A stretch of 64,000 nucleotides of DNA, taken from the NCBI RefSeq assembly GCF_000281045.1, contig NW_008246084.1, forward strand, positions 137,538 to 201,537, written 5' to 3'. A program made the translations under genes and the position numbers. The notes under the pieces are model-generated. The model was not told the DNA's origin and did no database searches. It saw nothing but the letters and a program-made list of their open reading frames with translations. How positions within the stretch are numbered: position 1 is the stretch's first letter; every line of letters begins with the position of its first letter. This DNA comes from Saprolegnia diclina VS20. Its lineage: Eukaryota. Of the stretch, positions 1 through 12,157 are shown in pieces.

Positions 1-391
1 ATACCGTTTGCGGTAGGCCTCGGCGACCGACGATGTGTACTTGTCGGCGATGGGGCGTTCAAAGATACCGGCGGCAAGGCACACGGTGGTCCACTTGCCG
101 TTGCCGCCAGCTTCGAGGAGCGCGATGTCCCGCGCCGTCCACGTGTCCATGGAAAGCGACTTGACAAAGCTCGTCTGGACCCCCAGCGACCGGTGGACGC
201 CGGCGCAGCCGAGGCAGAGTAAAACGCCGAACGTCACGGACGACCATTGCGGAAACACCTTGTTGCAGTCGGCGCAGCGCTACATGTAGCACATGAGCCA
301 TTTGTCGCCGTGAGCACGGTCGTACGTCGTTGCCTGCCACACGGCGCATGCTGCTCTCCTTGGACGGCGAGATCGGCGCGCCCGCCGCCAT
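1..391 (-). CDS. ArfGAP zinc-finger protein (runs off the window end, intron-containing)
   Basis: The spliced minus-strand reading gives MAAGAPISPSKESSMRRVAGND/RCADCNKVFPQWSSVTFGVLLCLGCAGVHRSLGVQTSFVKSLSMDTW...GGN. This is the ArfGAP C-x2-C-x16-C-x2-C-x4-R signature. The start codon is uncertain. Confidence 0.85.
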
Positions 392-1213
392 CGTGCCCCA
401 CAAGTTACGGATAACGAGCGGTTCGGCGCATTTTGCATACTCTATTCACACGCAACTTTCGAGCCGCACCACGTGGCTCGCCGTCGGCGTCGACAGCCTT
501 GCGCCATTGAGCCCCCTACACGGAATCCATGTATGCTACGGCTTTGGAGAATCGTGTACGTAGAGGTCTACATGCAGTATTGTCAATACTCAAATCGCGT
601 GATGCGAAAAAGGTTGGGTGCTGTAATCCATCCATCTCTGCGGCTGAGCTGCCATCGCCAGTTGCCACTTCTTCCGGTGGCATGCGACGGACAAGCGGCT
701 GCAGGAACACGCGCGCTTGATGGGTCGATCGTCGTCCAGGTAATACGGTACGAGTAGATGGTGTCGATATGTATATGAATGGTCATGGCGTGATGATGAT
801 GGTATCGGCGGTGCCACTCGGCGATGGCGTCGGCGCGCAGGCGTGGGCGACGGACGTGGTGCACGCGGCAGACCGGGGCCTTGATGAGGTCCCGACTACC
901 CTCCCACCCTCTTCCACTGCGGTCGCGTCATGCGACTGCCCTAACGTGTTTTTTCACGTGCTTTCTCACGTGACTCAAAAGAAAGTACGGGTCCGCGTGT
1001 CGCCACCAACGTCGCTGTCTGTGCGCTTGCGTCGTCCACTTCGAGACTTGGCCGCCGCGTCGAATGCGCATGGGAATCTTTGCCGAGCCCGAGTTGCTCC
1101 CGCCTAGATGAAAGGTCCGCCTTGCCCCATGCGTCATCGACCGATCTGAGCGTCGTCGGAGCCCTTCTTAGAGTCGTAAGGTGCAACGAATAAATTAGCT
1201 TGTCATGTCGAAT

Positions 1214-2020
1214 CTAGCCCAATATCCGATCGACTTGCTTGGTGCTGGATGCATACTCGATACGAGCCATGCAGCCGAACGCAAGCGCCAGCATCGCAAA
1301 GAGAAGGAGCGTCACATCGAGCGGCGCCTCAAAGACGATGACGCCGCAGAGCACGAGGCCGTACAAGAAGAGCACCTTGGACTGCCACGACAAGCCCGAG
1401 GCCTCGGACGATGGGCGCGTCGGTAGCGCGCGGCTGGACGCCGCCCGCGGCATCGAGCGCATGGACGCGAGCCGGGGCATTGTTGGCGCCTCCGCCGCGT
1501 GCACCGAGAGGGTCCGCGCCGAGGCCGTCGCGTGGCGGAGTGTCGACTCGGACGAGGCGCGTGTGACTTCGTGCGTCGTCATGGCGCGCGGCCGCGGCGC
1601 GACGATTGGGCGGCTCACAACTGGCGCGGCCTCGGCCTCGGTCACCGCTTGTTGGTGCTGGCGGCGGCGGTTGAATTGCATCAGGTTGTGCTGGACGCAC
1701 TTGTCGCACGTGCGGATCGACTTGAGCGACGACGTCTTGATGCGCTTGACCGAGCACCGGCCGCACACGAGGTCGCCACAGACCCGGCAGTTGTGCTTCC
1801 CAAAGAGCATGAGCTTCTTGTCGCAGCATGCGCAGCGCACGTCCTTCCCCTTGGGTGCCCACTCGCTTTTCGCGCAGAGGCGCACCGAGTCCATGCCGAG
1901 GGCCTGCGGCGAGACGCGCGAGAAGGGCAGCTGCCACGTCGCCGGCGCGACCGGGCCCGGGTCGCTGCCCCGACGATCGTGTCGGGCCTTGTACGACTCG
2001 AACTGGAGTGGTGGGATCAT
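1214..2020 (-). CDS. FYVE zinc-finger protein with two C-terminal hydrophobic helices
   Basis: W..K..CACCDKKLMLFGKHNCRVCGDLVCGRCS...RTCDKC is a FYVE pattern. The C-terminal segments VLFLYGLVLCGVIVF and VTLLLFAMLALAFGCM are TM-like. Confidence 0.8.
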   Translation of the reverse strand: MIPPLQFESYKARHDRRGSDPGPVAPATWQLPFSRVSPQALGMDSVRLCAKSEWAPKGKDVRCACCDKKLMLFGKHNCRVCGDLVCGRCSVKRIKTSSLKSIRTCDKCVQHNLMQFNRRRQHQQAVTEAEAAPVVSRPIVAPRPRAMTTHEVTRASSESTLRHATASARTLSVHAAEAPTMPRLASMRSMPRAASSRALPTRPSSEASGLSWQSKVLFLYGLVLCGVIVFEAPLDVTLLLFAMLALAFGCMARIEYASSTKQVDRILG

Positions 2021-2680
2021 CGCAAGTTGCAAAATGCCATCGAAAGTCACTTGGTGTTTGTATGGACATGGGATTCTTGAAGCCGTTTCCAGCGTCAACA
2101 ACCGGCGCCGGCGAAAAAACAAGCACGCGACACGTACAAGGGGTGCTGCGAGCACCCCTTTTTCGGAAAGGCCACTTGGCCCGAACGTCCAGACGCACAA
2201 GAGGCAGCGCCGACGACGCTGCTAATGGCACCACGGCACGCTCGCGCCTCGTCCATACATAATGGACTCTCTACTTGACCAAGCCGTCGCCCAAGGACAT
2301 GAACATGGGGACTACAACCCGACCAACGGTGACGTCGTCGCCAGTAGACTGAAAAAGGCTTCCCCGCGCGTTCTCAGCTGCCCACCCGTTCCTTATTTGA
2401 CGTTGCTGCCTTCGTCGCCCACAACCCCCGTGGGACGCTTCGCCTTTGGGGTTCTGAGCAACCACTACTCTTAGGAGATGTAGAAAGGGATGATGATTTT
2501 GCGAAGATCGACGCGCGCCATTCCCATCGAACGTCGACCACCCGACGCAGAGCGGACAAGGTGCGTCGCATGGACGCCAAGGTGATAAAGATACGAAGAG
2601 GTAAATGCGTGGCGCCACTCGTTCGGCCATGCGCCATAGATCAGCGCTGTCGCGATGCAACGACACGACGTTGATGACCA

Positions 2681-5600
2681 TTACACGGCGCAGGTGGCGG
2701 TGATGTTGGCGACATGTGGCACCGAGGTGCGCTGAAGGTCGGCGACAAAGGCTCGTACGGTCTCGAAGAGCGCCTTCATCTCGGGCGAGTGGAGGCGCCG
2801 GCTCGAGATCCAGACGACGCTGCTGTCGGTCACGCGCACAAAGCACGAGAGCTCTCGGTGAATGTACTGGCGGTAACTCCGATCGCCCGCCGGCTTGGTG
2901 ACGTTGTACTGCGCCTGGAGTAGCTCCTTGGAGGCCGTGTACGTACCGTCGACGCAAAAGCCGAGGGTCGCGACGAGCTCCTTCTCGAGCAGCGGTAGTA
3001 CGCTGGGCATTCGAATGGGAAAGTGCACAGGGCAGATGAGCGGGTGGATATCGAGCGTACTCGCGCCGTAGTTCTCGGGCACCTGTACAAGAGCGTCATG
3101 AGCTCCCAAATACAAGCGTGGTTGCATCGTACGGGGATGATGTCGAGGCTAAACTGCTTGGCACGGCGCGTGAGGCCCGTGATAAAGTCGTCAACGAGCG
3201 AGCTCCGACACACGAGCCATTGGACTTCCATGTGAAAGCACTGCGTCGAGAGCAGCTCCATGTCGTAGCGAATGTTGACCCACTGCTGGCTACGTAGTAC
3301 GTGGTGAGATAGATGCGGACTCGGAGAGTCTACCTCTGGGGCGCGTCTGGGGCGACGAGAGCGATCTTGGCCACGTTCTGCATGACCTTGCGGATCCCAC
3401 CCGGGCTCTTGGCCTCGTTGACTTTGCACTTGTCGTTGACTTTGCACTTGTCATCGTCGTTGCTGCCCTTGACGTCCTTGCTCTTGTCGTCACCGCCAAC
3501 GGCATCACCGCTTGCGTTCTTGGCGTCCGGGCTTCTGCCACTCGCAGCGTTGGTTGTGTTGCCATCGCTGGTCGCCGTTGCCGCCAGCAGCGGAGCCTGC
3601 GCCTCTCCCTCCTCCGCTGCTAGCTGCGCCTTGGTCAGTAGGTGCGTCACATCGAGGAGCGCCGCGTCGTTCTCGCCCTTGTCGTCCTTCCCGCGCGCCT
3701 TGAGCCGAATGTAGTCGAGGAACCGATTAAACTTGTCGCTGTAGTCGTGCAAGAACGCTTCTTGGTCGTCTTCCGTTAGATGCGCGAGGAGAGGGGGTAG
3801 CACGCAGTAGTGGCCGCGTTTGTACTTGACCTGCTCCGACATGTTGTCGTAATAGCCGCAAATGAGATGGTCAAGGTAGTTCCAGCTGTACTCTTGGGCC
3901 GGGTACTTGCGAAACTCTTGCTTGGACGGCAGGAACGTCTGCGTGAGCGGCGACCACATGGCGTAGAGGTAGTCCATCTTGCTGCCTACAGGATCACACT
4001 CAGCATCCTTGTCCATCAATAAGTTCTAGGGTGCACCTCGCCGCGTGCCATCGTCGTTGCTGGGTTCTATATTTTAAAAATAGAATTTCGAAGCCAGAGA
4101 CAAGCCATTTTACCTCGTGCACGCAGCTGGTAGCGCTTGACGTCGATCTGCTGGCTCTCGCCGTTGTACGTGATCTCATGGATGCGGTGGCCCATGCTGA
4201 GCTTGTACACGGTCGTGTTGTCGTGCGTGAGCTTCTCTTCGACGAGCTGGAAGTCTTGCGAGAAGCGCTGGGCGACCATCTCCCACACGACCTCCTTGTA
4301 CCGATTGGCCATGGCGCCTTCGCTACCGCCGACCGGGCTCGGCGTCACGGCGTACGGCACCTGCGAGTAGTGGTCGCCGAGCTCTTTTGGCTTGGGCATG
4401 AAGTCGCTCGTCAACGGCAGCAATGCCGGCACGCAGAGACTCTTCCAGTCCAACGTGAAGCTCTGCTGCTGCACGTCGTAGCGGTACACTTGGCTCCACC
4501 GCCGGCGGTTGCTGTTGAGCGACAAGGTCGACACCTGCGGCTTGTCCTTGGACGTCGCCGACGACGACGACATGGTCGACGTCATGAACTGCGGGCTCGT
4601 CAACTTGCGGGCCACGAGGCCACGGGGCGGTGACTGCGGACTTCCGCCCGGCTGCGGGCTTGCGTATCTCGCCGGCAGCTGAAAGTGCATGGGCGACCGC
4701 AGCGCCGGCACCATCGTCGCCTTGAGCTCGGGCGAGAGACCGTAGTTGCTCGGTAGCGATCCCACGAGCGTCGGTCTCGACCGAGGCAGGCGCTTTGGGT
4801 TGGCCAAGAAGATGCCACCGTGCAGCGGCGGTGTCGCGCACAGCAGCACGGGGGACTTGTCGACGCTCGAGACGGACGACGTCGGGTGCAGAGCAAAGAC
4901 GTCGTCGTCGTAGTCGTCGAGGGCTACCATTGCATGCGGCCGCGTCTTGACGAGTGCATTGGAGCCCGTCGTCGGGACGGGCGATGGCGGCACGTGGGCG
5001 TCGGGCACGGGCGTGAGCTCATCCGCGACCGCGTCGTAGCTAAAGTGTCGAAGTAGAAACGCGAGAGGCTTTGGGCAGCCCGTCGACGGCAGCGCAAAGA
5101 GGCGGCAGTGCGGCAGAGGCTCAAACCCTGATGCGAGCTGCTCTTCGTAGCGGCTAAAGCAGATGCTGATCCACGCGGGCACAACCCCGGGAAAGACGGG
5201 CTTGGGCATCGAGGAGGACGGGTGCTTGAAGAGGAAGCGGGGCACGGGCTCCATGGGCGGCGTCGACAGCGAGATGACGTCAAAGCCAATGCCGTTGTCC
5301 ATCATGCGCTGCTCCGTCATCTCAGCGAGGTCTTGGTTGACGCGGAAGATGCCGTTGCCGGCCGTGAAGAGCGCAATGTTCTGGCCGCTGCGGTTGAGGT
5401 CCCGGTCCATGTAGTGCTTTTCATAAATATTGAGAATCAAATTGAGCGCTTCGAGGACGTTGCCGTCTCGGGCACTCGCGGGGCGACCGGTGCCCGCGCG
5501 GAGCGTGTCGCCATCGAGCCGCCATTGGCAAATGTGCGGAAGGACGTTGAGCTCGCGCTTCATGTCGGTGAGCAGCACGGACGCATCGGTCGCACCGTTC

Positions 5601-6532
5601 TTGCCGTACGAAATGACCTTGTACGAGTCGTGGAACCACACGCCGTCGTCCTCGACGGCAGGAACATGGGGCGGCGGCGGCGCGTCATAGAACGTCCGCG
5701 CAAAGAAGATGATGGTGAGGCTATGCGACACGTGCATCGACTGCCACTTTGTAAAGAGCACGCTCGCGATGCGCAAAAGCTCTTCGGCGTACAAGTCGCC
5801 GTCGTTGGCCTACGCACAATATATGCATGAAAATGGAGGCGGCCGGAAGGATCGAACCATGTCCCACATTTCCGGGCTCACTTGGACAAGCCAAAAGACC
5901 CGCGACGACTTGGACCGGTACACAAAGCACGTTTTCGCGGTGAGGACGCCGCTGGTGACATTCTCATTCTCAAAGACCATCTCGGTGATCTGGAGTCGCG
6001 CGCCATGCATGCGCACCATCTTGCCGACGTACACGGCCTTGCCGACCATCGCTTGCTTGAGGTACCAGAGGTCGCGCCGCGAGAGGAACTGGTCCTTCAT
6101 CGAGACCTCGACAAAGTCGACTTCGACGCGCGTCTTTTCGATGAAGCGCACGACCACATCTTGGAGCGCAGGCAGGCTGAAGAGGCTTGCCGTGTCCTTG
6201 AGGACGCTCAGGGACATTTTGCCCTTGACTGGCTTCCTCGCCTTGAGCTCGTCCGCCGACGGTACGTCCATGAGCAAGTGGCGGCGCGGTTCGTCGTGGT
6301 TGTTGAGCGGGTAGATCTCCATGACGTAGTTGTCGTCGTCCGGAAACGTGAGCTCGGCCTTGAGCGCATCGAGGTTCAAGACGAGCTCCTCGCCGCCGTG
6401 GAACTCGAGGCCGTGCACGTGCAGCTTGAACGTCGCTTGGTCCTTGATGACCTTCTTGGCGGCCTTGGCCTCGGTCAGCGGCGGCGTCGCCACCGTCGGC
6501 GTCGCCACCTTTGTGCTCCGGCGTCGGCGCAT
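2681..6532 (-). CDS. DEPDC5: GATOR1/SEACIT subunit DEPDC5/Iml1 (multi-exon)
   Basis: Motifs include EVSMKDQFLSRRDLW, FVYRSKSSRVFWLVQVSPEMWD, GNVLEALNLILN.YEKHYMDRDLNRSGQ, DWKSLCVPALLPLTSDFMP, EMVAQRFSQDFQLV, YSWNYLDHLICG and FHMEVQWLVC. They span ORFs 5810-6559, 4067-5794, 3330-4019 and 2681-3127. Confidence 0.93.
3416..3452 (-). repeat. In-frame 18-nt tandem duplication inside DEPDC5 (DKCKVN x2)
   Basis: The + strand reads cgttgactttgcacttgt twice, within a low-complexity linker. Confidence 0.7.
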
Positions 6533-7218
6533 GGTTTGGGCAATTGGCAGTCTCAGCATAACTCTGCTGCGCGTTGATACTCGTCAGCGATTGGCAGAAA
6601 AGGTTGCAATTTTTTCATTGGTCCTTGGGCGCGTGTCGCAGGAGCTTGGCACAGCCAGCTCGAGCCTCGACCGCCTGGCGCACGCTGACGCAGCTGCTGC
6701 TGCTTCGATACTAGCGCCGATGTCGCTGACGCCTTCTCTCGGGTGCGACGAGGAGCTACCTCGCTGGGCTACAGTTGCGCTATGGACTACCAGCAGCAAC
6801 GACGACAGCAGGCGCCGTTGATACACGTAGCCAGCCAGTTCTGCTGCTTCGTATTTCTAGCACGGTCGAGACCCGTCACATGCGTCCCAGTTGCTGCAGC
6901 TGTTGCTGCTCACAAGTGCCAAGTGCTGCTGCTGCCAATGTGCTGTGCCGCTGATGAGCGCTGCAAGCCATCTTGCGCTACTGCTGCTTGATGGGCTACC
7001 AACGACGTCGATGATACTTTAAACAGTGTTTGGCCACGCGAGTACGTAGCCGCGAGAACACTGGATGCAACAGCACGTCGAAGCGCCTCGTGGCTTGGGC
7101 AACTTGATACGGGGCAGCGAGGTGGCGCGGGATTGTCCGGATAATGTCCATCCGGAAACGGCAGCCAATGGCATCGCCGCATGGCACAGCGGCCAGAACC
7201 GAGCGAAAGATCAGCGCG

Positions 7219-9063
7219 ATGGACAAGTTCATTACGCGGTCGCCCAAGGCCTTCTTCGCCAAGAAGACGGTAGCGCTCGACCCAAAGGCGCTCTCGAAGA
7301 AGCAGCTCGGGATCTTTGCCGCCAAGATCGCCGAGGCGGGCGGCGTGGTCGTGGAGATGGCACAGGCGGCGTCAGCCGACCTTGTCGTCGGTGCCGAGGG
7401 CCATCCTGCGTCCGTCACATGGCTCCAAGACTGCCTGGCGCAAAAGAAACTGCTTTCGCTCCCTCGCAAGCGGCCATCTGACGATGTAGCCGACGTCGAG
7501 CCCATGGCCAAGAAGGCCAAAGCAGCAACGACCACGGCGTGCACGTGGGCCAAGGCCGGATCGATTCTCTGGTGCGCCAACGTAGCCACGCCATCAACGA
7601 CGACAAAGCGCCGCGTCAAGATTGCAGCCTTTGATATGGACAGCACGCTTATTACGACCAAGAGCGGCAAGACGTTTGCCGTCAACGACGACGACTGGAA
7701 GGTCTGGCACGAGTCGGTGCCCACGAAGCTCAAGTCGCTCGTCGAAGACGACGGGTTCCAGCTCGTCGTCTTCTCCAACCAAAGCGGCCTCTCCAAGGGC
7801 AAGGTTACTGAGAAAGGGCTCAAGGTCCGTGTACCGATCACATCTCGACCTCTCATTCGTGCGTGGCTAGGGCAAGATCGAAGCGATTGCAGATATGCTG
7901 GCGCTACCGCTGTGGTTCTTCCTCCTGCCCGAGAATGACATTAACCGCAAGCCGCGCACGGGGGCGTGGGACGTTATGGTACGACCACATGGTGAATTCG
8001 CGCACGTTCACGTCGTTTAGGTGTCAGAATTCAACCTCGACGTCGACATGACCAACAGTTTCTACTGTGGCGACGCTGCCGGGCGGCCCAAAGGTACAAT
8101 CCTAACGTTTATTCCTTTCCCAATTATCAGTTCTTAGCGACGGGCAAAGCAAAAAAGGACTTTTCGGCCGGCGATTACAAATTTGCCCTCAACCTTGGCG
8201 TGCCCTTTTGGACACCCGAGCAGCTGTTCCTCAACTCCAAGCTGAGCCTCCACTGCGACCCGAAGCTTCGCGACCTCGGGTTCGATCCCCGCTCGCTCTT
8301 CCAAGGTAGAGACGTATCGCGGTACATTTCTGATACATTTGTAGACGTCCAAGCCGTCGATGCGACGTGCCGGCCCTCAGACGCGACCGAAATGATCGTG
8401 CTTGTCGGTAGCCCGGCCGCGGGCAAGAGCACGTTCTGCCGCACCTACTTTGGCGGTGCACCTCGCTCCGAGTTGCTCGGCTTCTCATCGAAACGTTAGA
8501 GTACATGCGCATCAACCAAGACACGCTCAAGACGCCCGCCAAGTGCAAGCAGGCCGCGCTCGAGAGCCTTCGTGACGGCAAGAGCGTCGTGATCGACAAC
8601 ACCAACCGCGACGTCAAGGTAGTCGGCGTTCCTTTTTGGCTACCTCCCATCGTACTACTACGGTAGAGTCGAAAGAGCTGGATCGAGATGGCCACGGCGG
8701 AGGTACCAGGCGGACAGTTGCATACGCTGTGTGCGATGGAGGAGACTAGGGGGTCTCGGTGCGCTGTTTTTACCTCGACCTACCCAAGCCGCTCGTCTTC
8801 CACCTCAACGCCTTTCGGGCGCTCATGAAGCAGCTGCACCCAGACGCGGCCGAGCACAAGTCGGACGTGCCCGATATGGTGATTCACGGCTTCTTCAAGA
8901 ACCTTGTCCCGCCCTCGGTACGTGGCAACTATCAAGGTTTCAAGATTGCAAGGTGTCCATTCATGTCGGTTAGGTCGACGAAGGCTTTGCGTCCGTCGTG
9001 CACGTGCCGTTTTGCGCCGTGCCGTCGCCCGAGGACAAGCTATTGACGTCGTTCCTACTCTAG
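7219..9063 (+). CDS. PNKP: Bifunctional polynucleotide 3'-phosphatase/5'-kinase with N-terminal BRCT-like domain (multi-exon)
   Basis: HAD motif KIAAFDMDSTLITTKSG, LVVFSNQSG, RKPRTGAW and FYCGDAAGR; kinase P-loop VGSPAAGKST, RINQDTLK and VVIDNTN. The last exon reads VDEGFASVVHVPF...SFLL*. An alternative start lies at 7168. Confidence 0.92.
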
Positions 9064-10287
9064 TGCGACGGACGACACACCTCTCGCAAGAGAGCGGCTT
9101 CGGCGGCCATGGTATCGAGCGTACGGGGCACGCGGTCTTCGTCAAGGTCCATGGTGCGCCGCTGGTCGTTCTTCTCGAGCTACACGAGCCATTTATGAAT
9201 CAAGGACTGCGATGCGTCNNNNNNNNNNNNNNNNNNNNNNNNNNNNNNNNNNNNNNNNNNNNNNNNNNNNNNNNNNNNNNNNNNNNNNNNNNNNNNNNNN
9301 NNNNNNNNNNNNNNNNNNNNNNNNNNNNNNNNNNNNNNNNNNNNNNNNNNNNNNNNNNNNNNNNNNNNNNNNNNNNNNNNNNNNNNNNNNNNNNNNNNNN
9401 NNNNNNNNNNNNNNNNNNNNNNNNNNNNNNNNNNNNNNNNNNNNNNNNNNNNNNNNNNNNNNNNNNNNNNNNNNNNNNNNNNNNNNNNNNNNNTCGGCGA
9501 CTTCATCGGCGTCGAGATGGGTGAAGCGAGCAATGCGGCGCGTTGGGATGACGAGGATGTGGCCTACGGCAACGCTATTGCCGTGTGAATGATGACGCTT
9601 GTAGTAGTACCTGGCACGATCGGCTTGAGGTTCACGAGGGCGACCGAGTGCGCCGACTCGTAAAAGACCTCGGAGAACCGAATCGGGTACGGGCCAAAGG
9701 CGCGGTAGAGTGGGTCGAGGCAATGCTGGAAGCCAAGCAGATCTGTACGCTTGTCAAAGACAGGCCAAGAAGGCATGGGCGTGCACCTTGCACGAGCGTA
9801 TCCGGCGTCGGGAAGGGCACCGCTGTGCTGGTATCGAGGCCGACCATTGCAATATGCTCGCCAGCGTTTGGGTGCACGATCAGCGTGCGGCTCGCCGGCA
9901 CGGCGAGCGTCGAGGCGGCCGCGTCAAGGAACGCCGCTTGACTCTAGCCACCTGGTAGAATCTGCCTGTGCAATGGACAACACCATACGCACCATGCGCT
10001 CGGTCGTAGCAAAGTCGCAGGCGCCATCCAGCGTCGCGGCCGGCGGAAGATGCACCCCGAGCTTGTAGCCCGACCTACAGCAGTAGCGTGGGCCATGAGC
10101 GACATGGCAACGCAGGTCGTCGTCTACTTGCGGAGGGCGGGAAGGATCGCATGCCACGTGGCCGCCTAGAGCGTCAGCGTGAGGCGCAATCTTGCGACCG
10201 ATATCGGCGACGTACGTGGTACCCGGTCGAGAGGTCGAGGAGCACAGAGCGGACGTTGCGCTCGAGCGCAAGCTGCGCCAAACGCAT
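9060..10287 (-). CDS. FHIT: FHIT-like diadenosine triphosphatase (HIT family) with N-terminal extension; catalytic HxHxH region hidden in the gap
   Basis: FGPYPIRFSEVFYESAHSVALVNLKPIVPG/HILVIPTRRIARFTHLDADEVA precedes the gap. LEKNDQ...RVPRTLDTMAAEAALLR follows it and matches the Fhit C-terminal R.....MA.EA..LR motif. The upstream exons were joined by eye. Confidence 0.8.
9219..9493. other. Assembly gap (N run)
   Basis: Run of n characters. Confidence 1.
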
Positions 10288-11112
10288 GGGGCCCAACACA
10301 AATTTCAACAAAATTGGGCCCCCCCAATGCGATTCGCGACACGGGTCCCCCCAAAACAGCTGGAATCGGCAAACACACGTGGCGCGATCTGGGGTCATCC
10401 CGCCCACGACCAAGATTTGCGGTCTGGACCTCACGTCCACCACGTTCGGCCTGACGCCAACGGACAAGCCTAGCGTCATCCAACAGCGCGCCGCACAGAC
10501 ACTCGACGGTCCATCCTATCCCCCAGCTGCCATCGTTGCAAGCCGGATGCGCCTTTCGATACCTTTGATGGACCGCATCCTCCGCGCTGCTGGTGCGTCA
10601 TGGCAGCTGCAGAGATCGGTGCACAAGAAACCTTGCCAGGTCTTCGTTTCTACTGCTGAATGTCCTCGGCGCGTCGACCGGCGTCATCCATGCGCAGTAT
10701 CGCAGGCGCTGAATCGCTCCATCCTCGCACCCGCTTTCCAGCCCGTCTATCGCGACTGCGTCTCCATGGCCCGACGGCCTCACAAGCCGGAGCCCATGCG
10801 CAGTGAGTCGTAGTAGCACTGCGGCCGGCGCAGTCGCCGTGGCGGCCATATCACATTCGCCGAGAAAGGCAAAGTCCTCATCTCCGCCCTCAAACCAGGC
10901 CGCGCCAAAATGGACCAATCGTAACTCACAATGTTGCTTCGACGAAGTTTTGTCGAAGATCTGATCCACTTCGAATGGTTTTATAGTTTCCTGTTTATCG
11001 TGGTGTTTGTATGCAATTTAATCAATATATTCAATGCGCTGGGTGTGACACGCGCTCTAAGATTGCACCGCATTACGCACGGCGCCATTCGCGCTTGGGA
11101 CCAGCCACGAGC

Positions 11113-11991
11113 ATGCAGACGTCGATCGCGGACGCCGCCGTGGGCATCGTCGTCTTCATCCCGGCGGCGCTCAAGCGGCCATCGCACACGCTCTACTGCA
11201 TCTGCGTCAAAGTCGACGACGCGCCCATCGCCGAGTGGACCGTCAACCGGCGCTACTCGCAGTTTCTAGAGCTGCGCGAGAAGGTGCTGCGCTTTCTGGA
11301 GCGCACCCAAGGCTGTCCGGGCTGCGCCAACACGGCGCTCGCGATTGCGTCGTTCCCGTTTCCGCCCAAGGCTTGGTTTCGCACCAACAAGCTCGTGCGC
11401 CAGCGCGTCCGCGACCTCCAAAGCTTCATCCAAGTGCTCATTGGCCGGGCGTTCTCGGCCAAGCCAAAGTGCAACACGTGCGGCGCCGGCCTCCAGAACA
11501 TTGTCCGGCCCTTCTTTTACCGCGGCGCGCAGCCGATCCATCGGCACTCGTCGATCGTCCGACGCGACGCCGACGACGACGACCTCATGCTCACGCAGCG
11601 CACCAAGAACGGCGGCCTCGACTCGGACTGCTCGACCATGAACTCGGCAAAGGACATGTCGTACGCAGTCTCCAAGCGGCGCACGCGCATCTCGAAATCA
11701 CTGAGCGACTCCAAGACGCTACGCCAGGCCAAGTGTTCGTTCATCAAAGAGTCGACGTGTCAGCAGCATGACCACGAGTCGTCGTATCTGGACGGCGCAA
11801 GTAAATGCACGGACGCGCGGCCGTCCGTTCTAGATGCGCTCAAGGACGTGGTCATCGCGGATGGCTTTGCCAACACCAAGCAGGAAAAGATGTACCGGCT
11901 CTCGACGATGTGGGAGACGTTCGAGCTTGACGACATTCAACGGGAAATGGCGTCGGGCCGAGCGACCAAGGCCGCCGGCATCTTGATCTAG
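11113..11991 (+). CDS. PX (Phox homology) domain protein
   Basis: HTLYCICV...WTVNRRYSQFLELREKV...FPFPPKAWF...VRQRVRDLQSFIQVL, with CxxC inserts; single exon. Confidence 0.8.
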   Translation: MQTSIADAAVGIVVFIPAALKRPSHTLYCICVKVDDAPIAEWTVNRRYSQFLELREKVLRFLERTQGCPGCANTALAIASFPFPPKAWFRTNKLVRQRVRDLQSFIQVLIGRAFSAKPKCNTCGAGLQNIVRPFFYRGAQPIHRHSSIVRRDADDDDLMLTQRTKNGGLDSDCSTMNSAKDMSYAVSKRRTRISKSLSDSKTLRQAKCSFIKESTCQQHDHESSYLDGASKCTDARPSVLDALKDVVIADGFANTKQEKMYRLSTMWETFELDDIQREMASGRATKAAGILI

Positions 11992-12157
11992 ACTCGCTCT
12001 ACTTACTACGCTCCGTATTACCTCGTGTACAATTACTACGACATATCTTCCACTAGACTATCTAATTATGAACCCTTTCCTTCGTCGCCTTTCAACCTCA
12101 TCATATATCTACAGCAGTCATTTTGTCTTTGTCATGTCAAGGACGTCATAAGACGAC

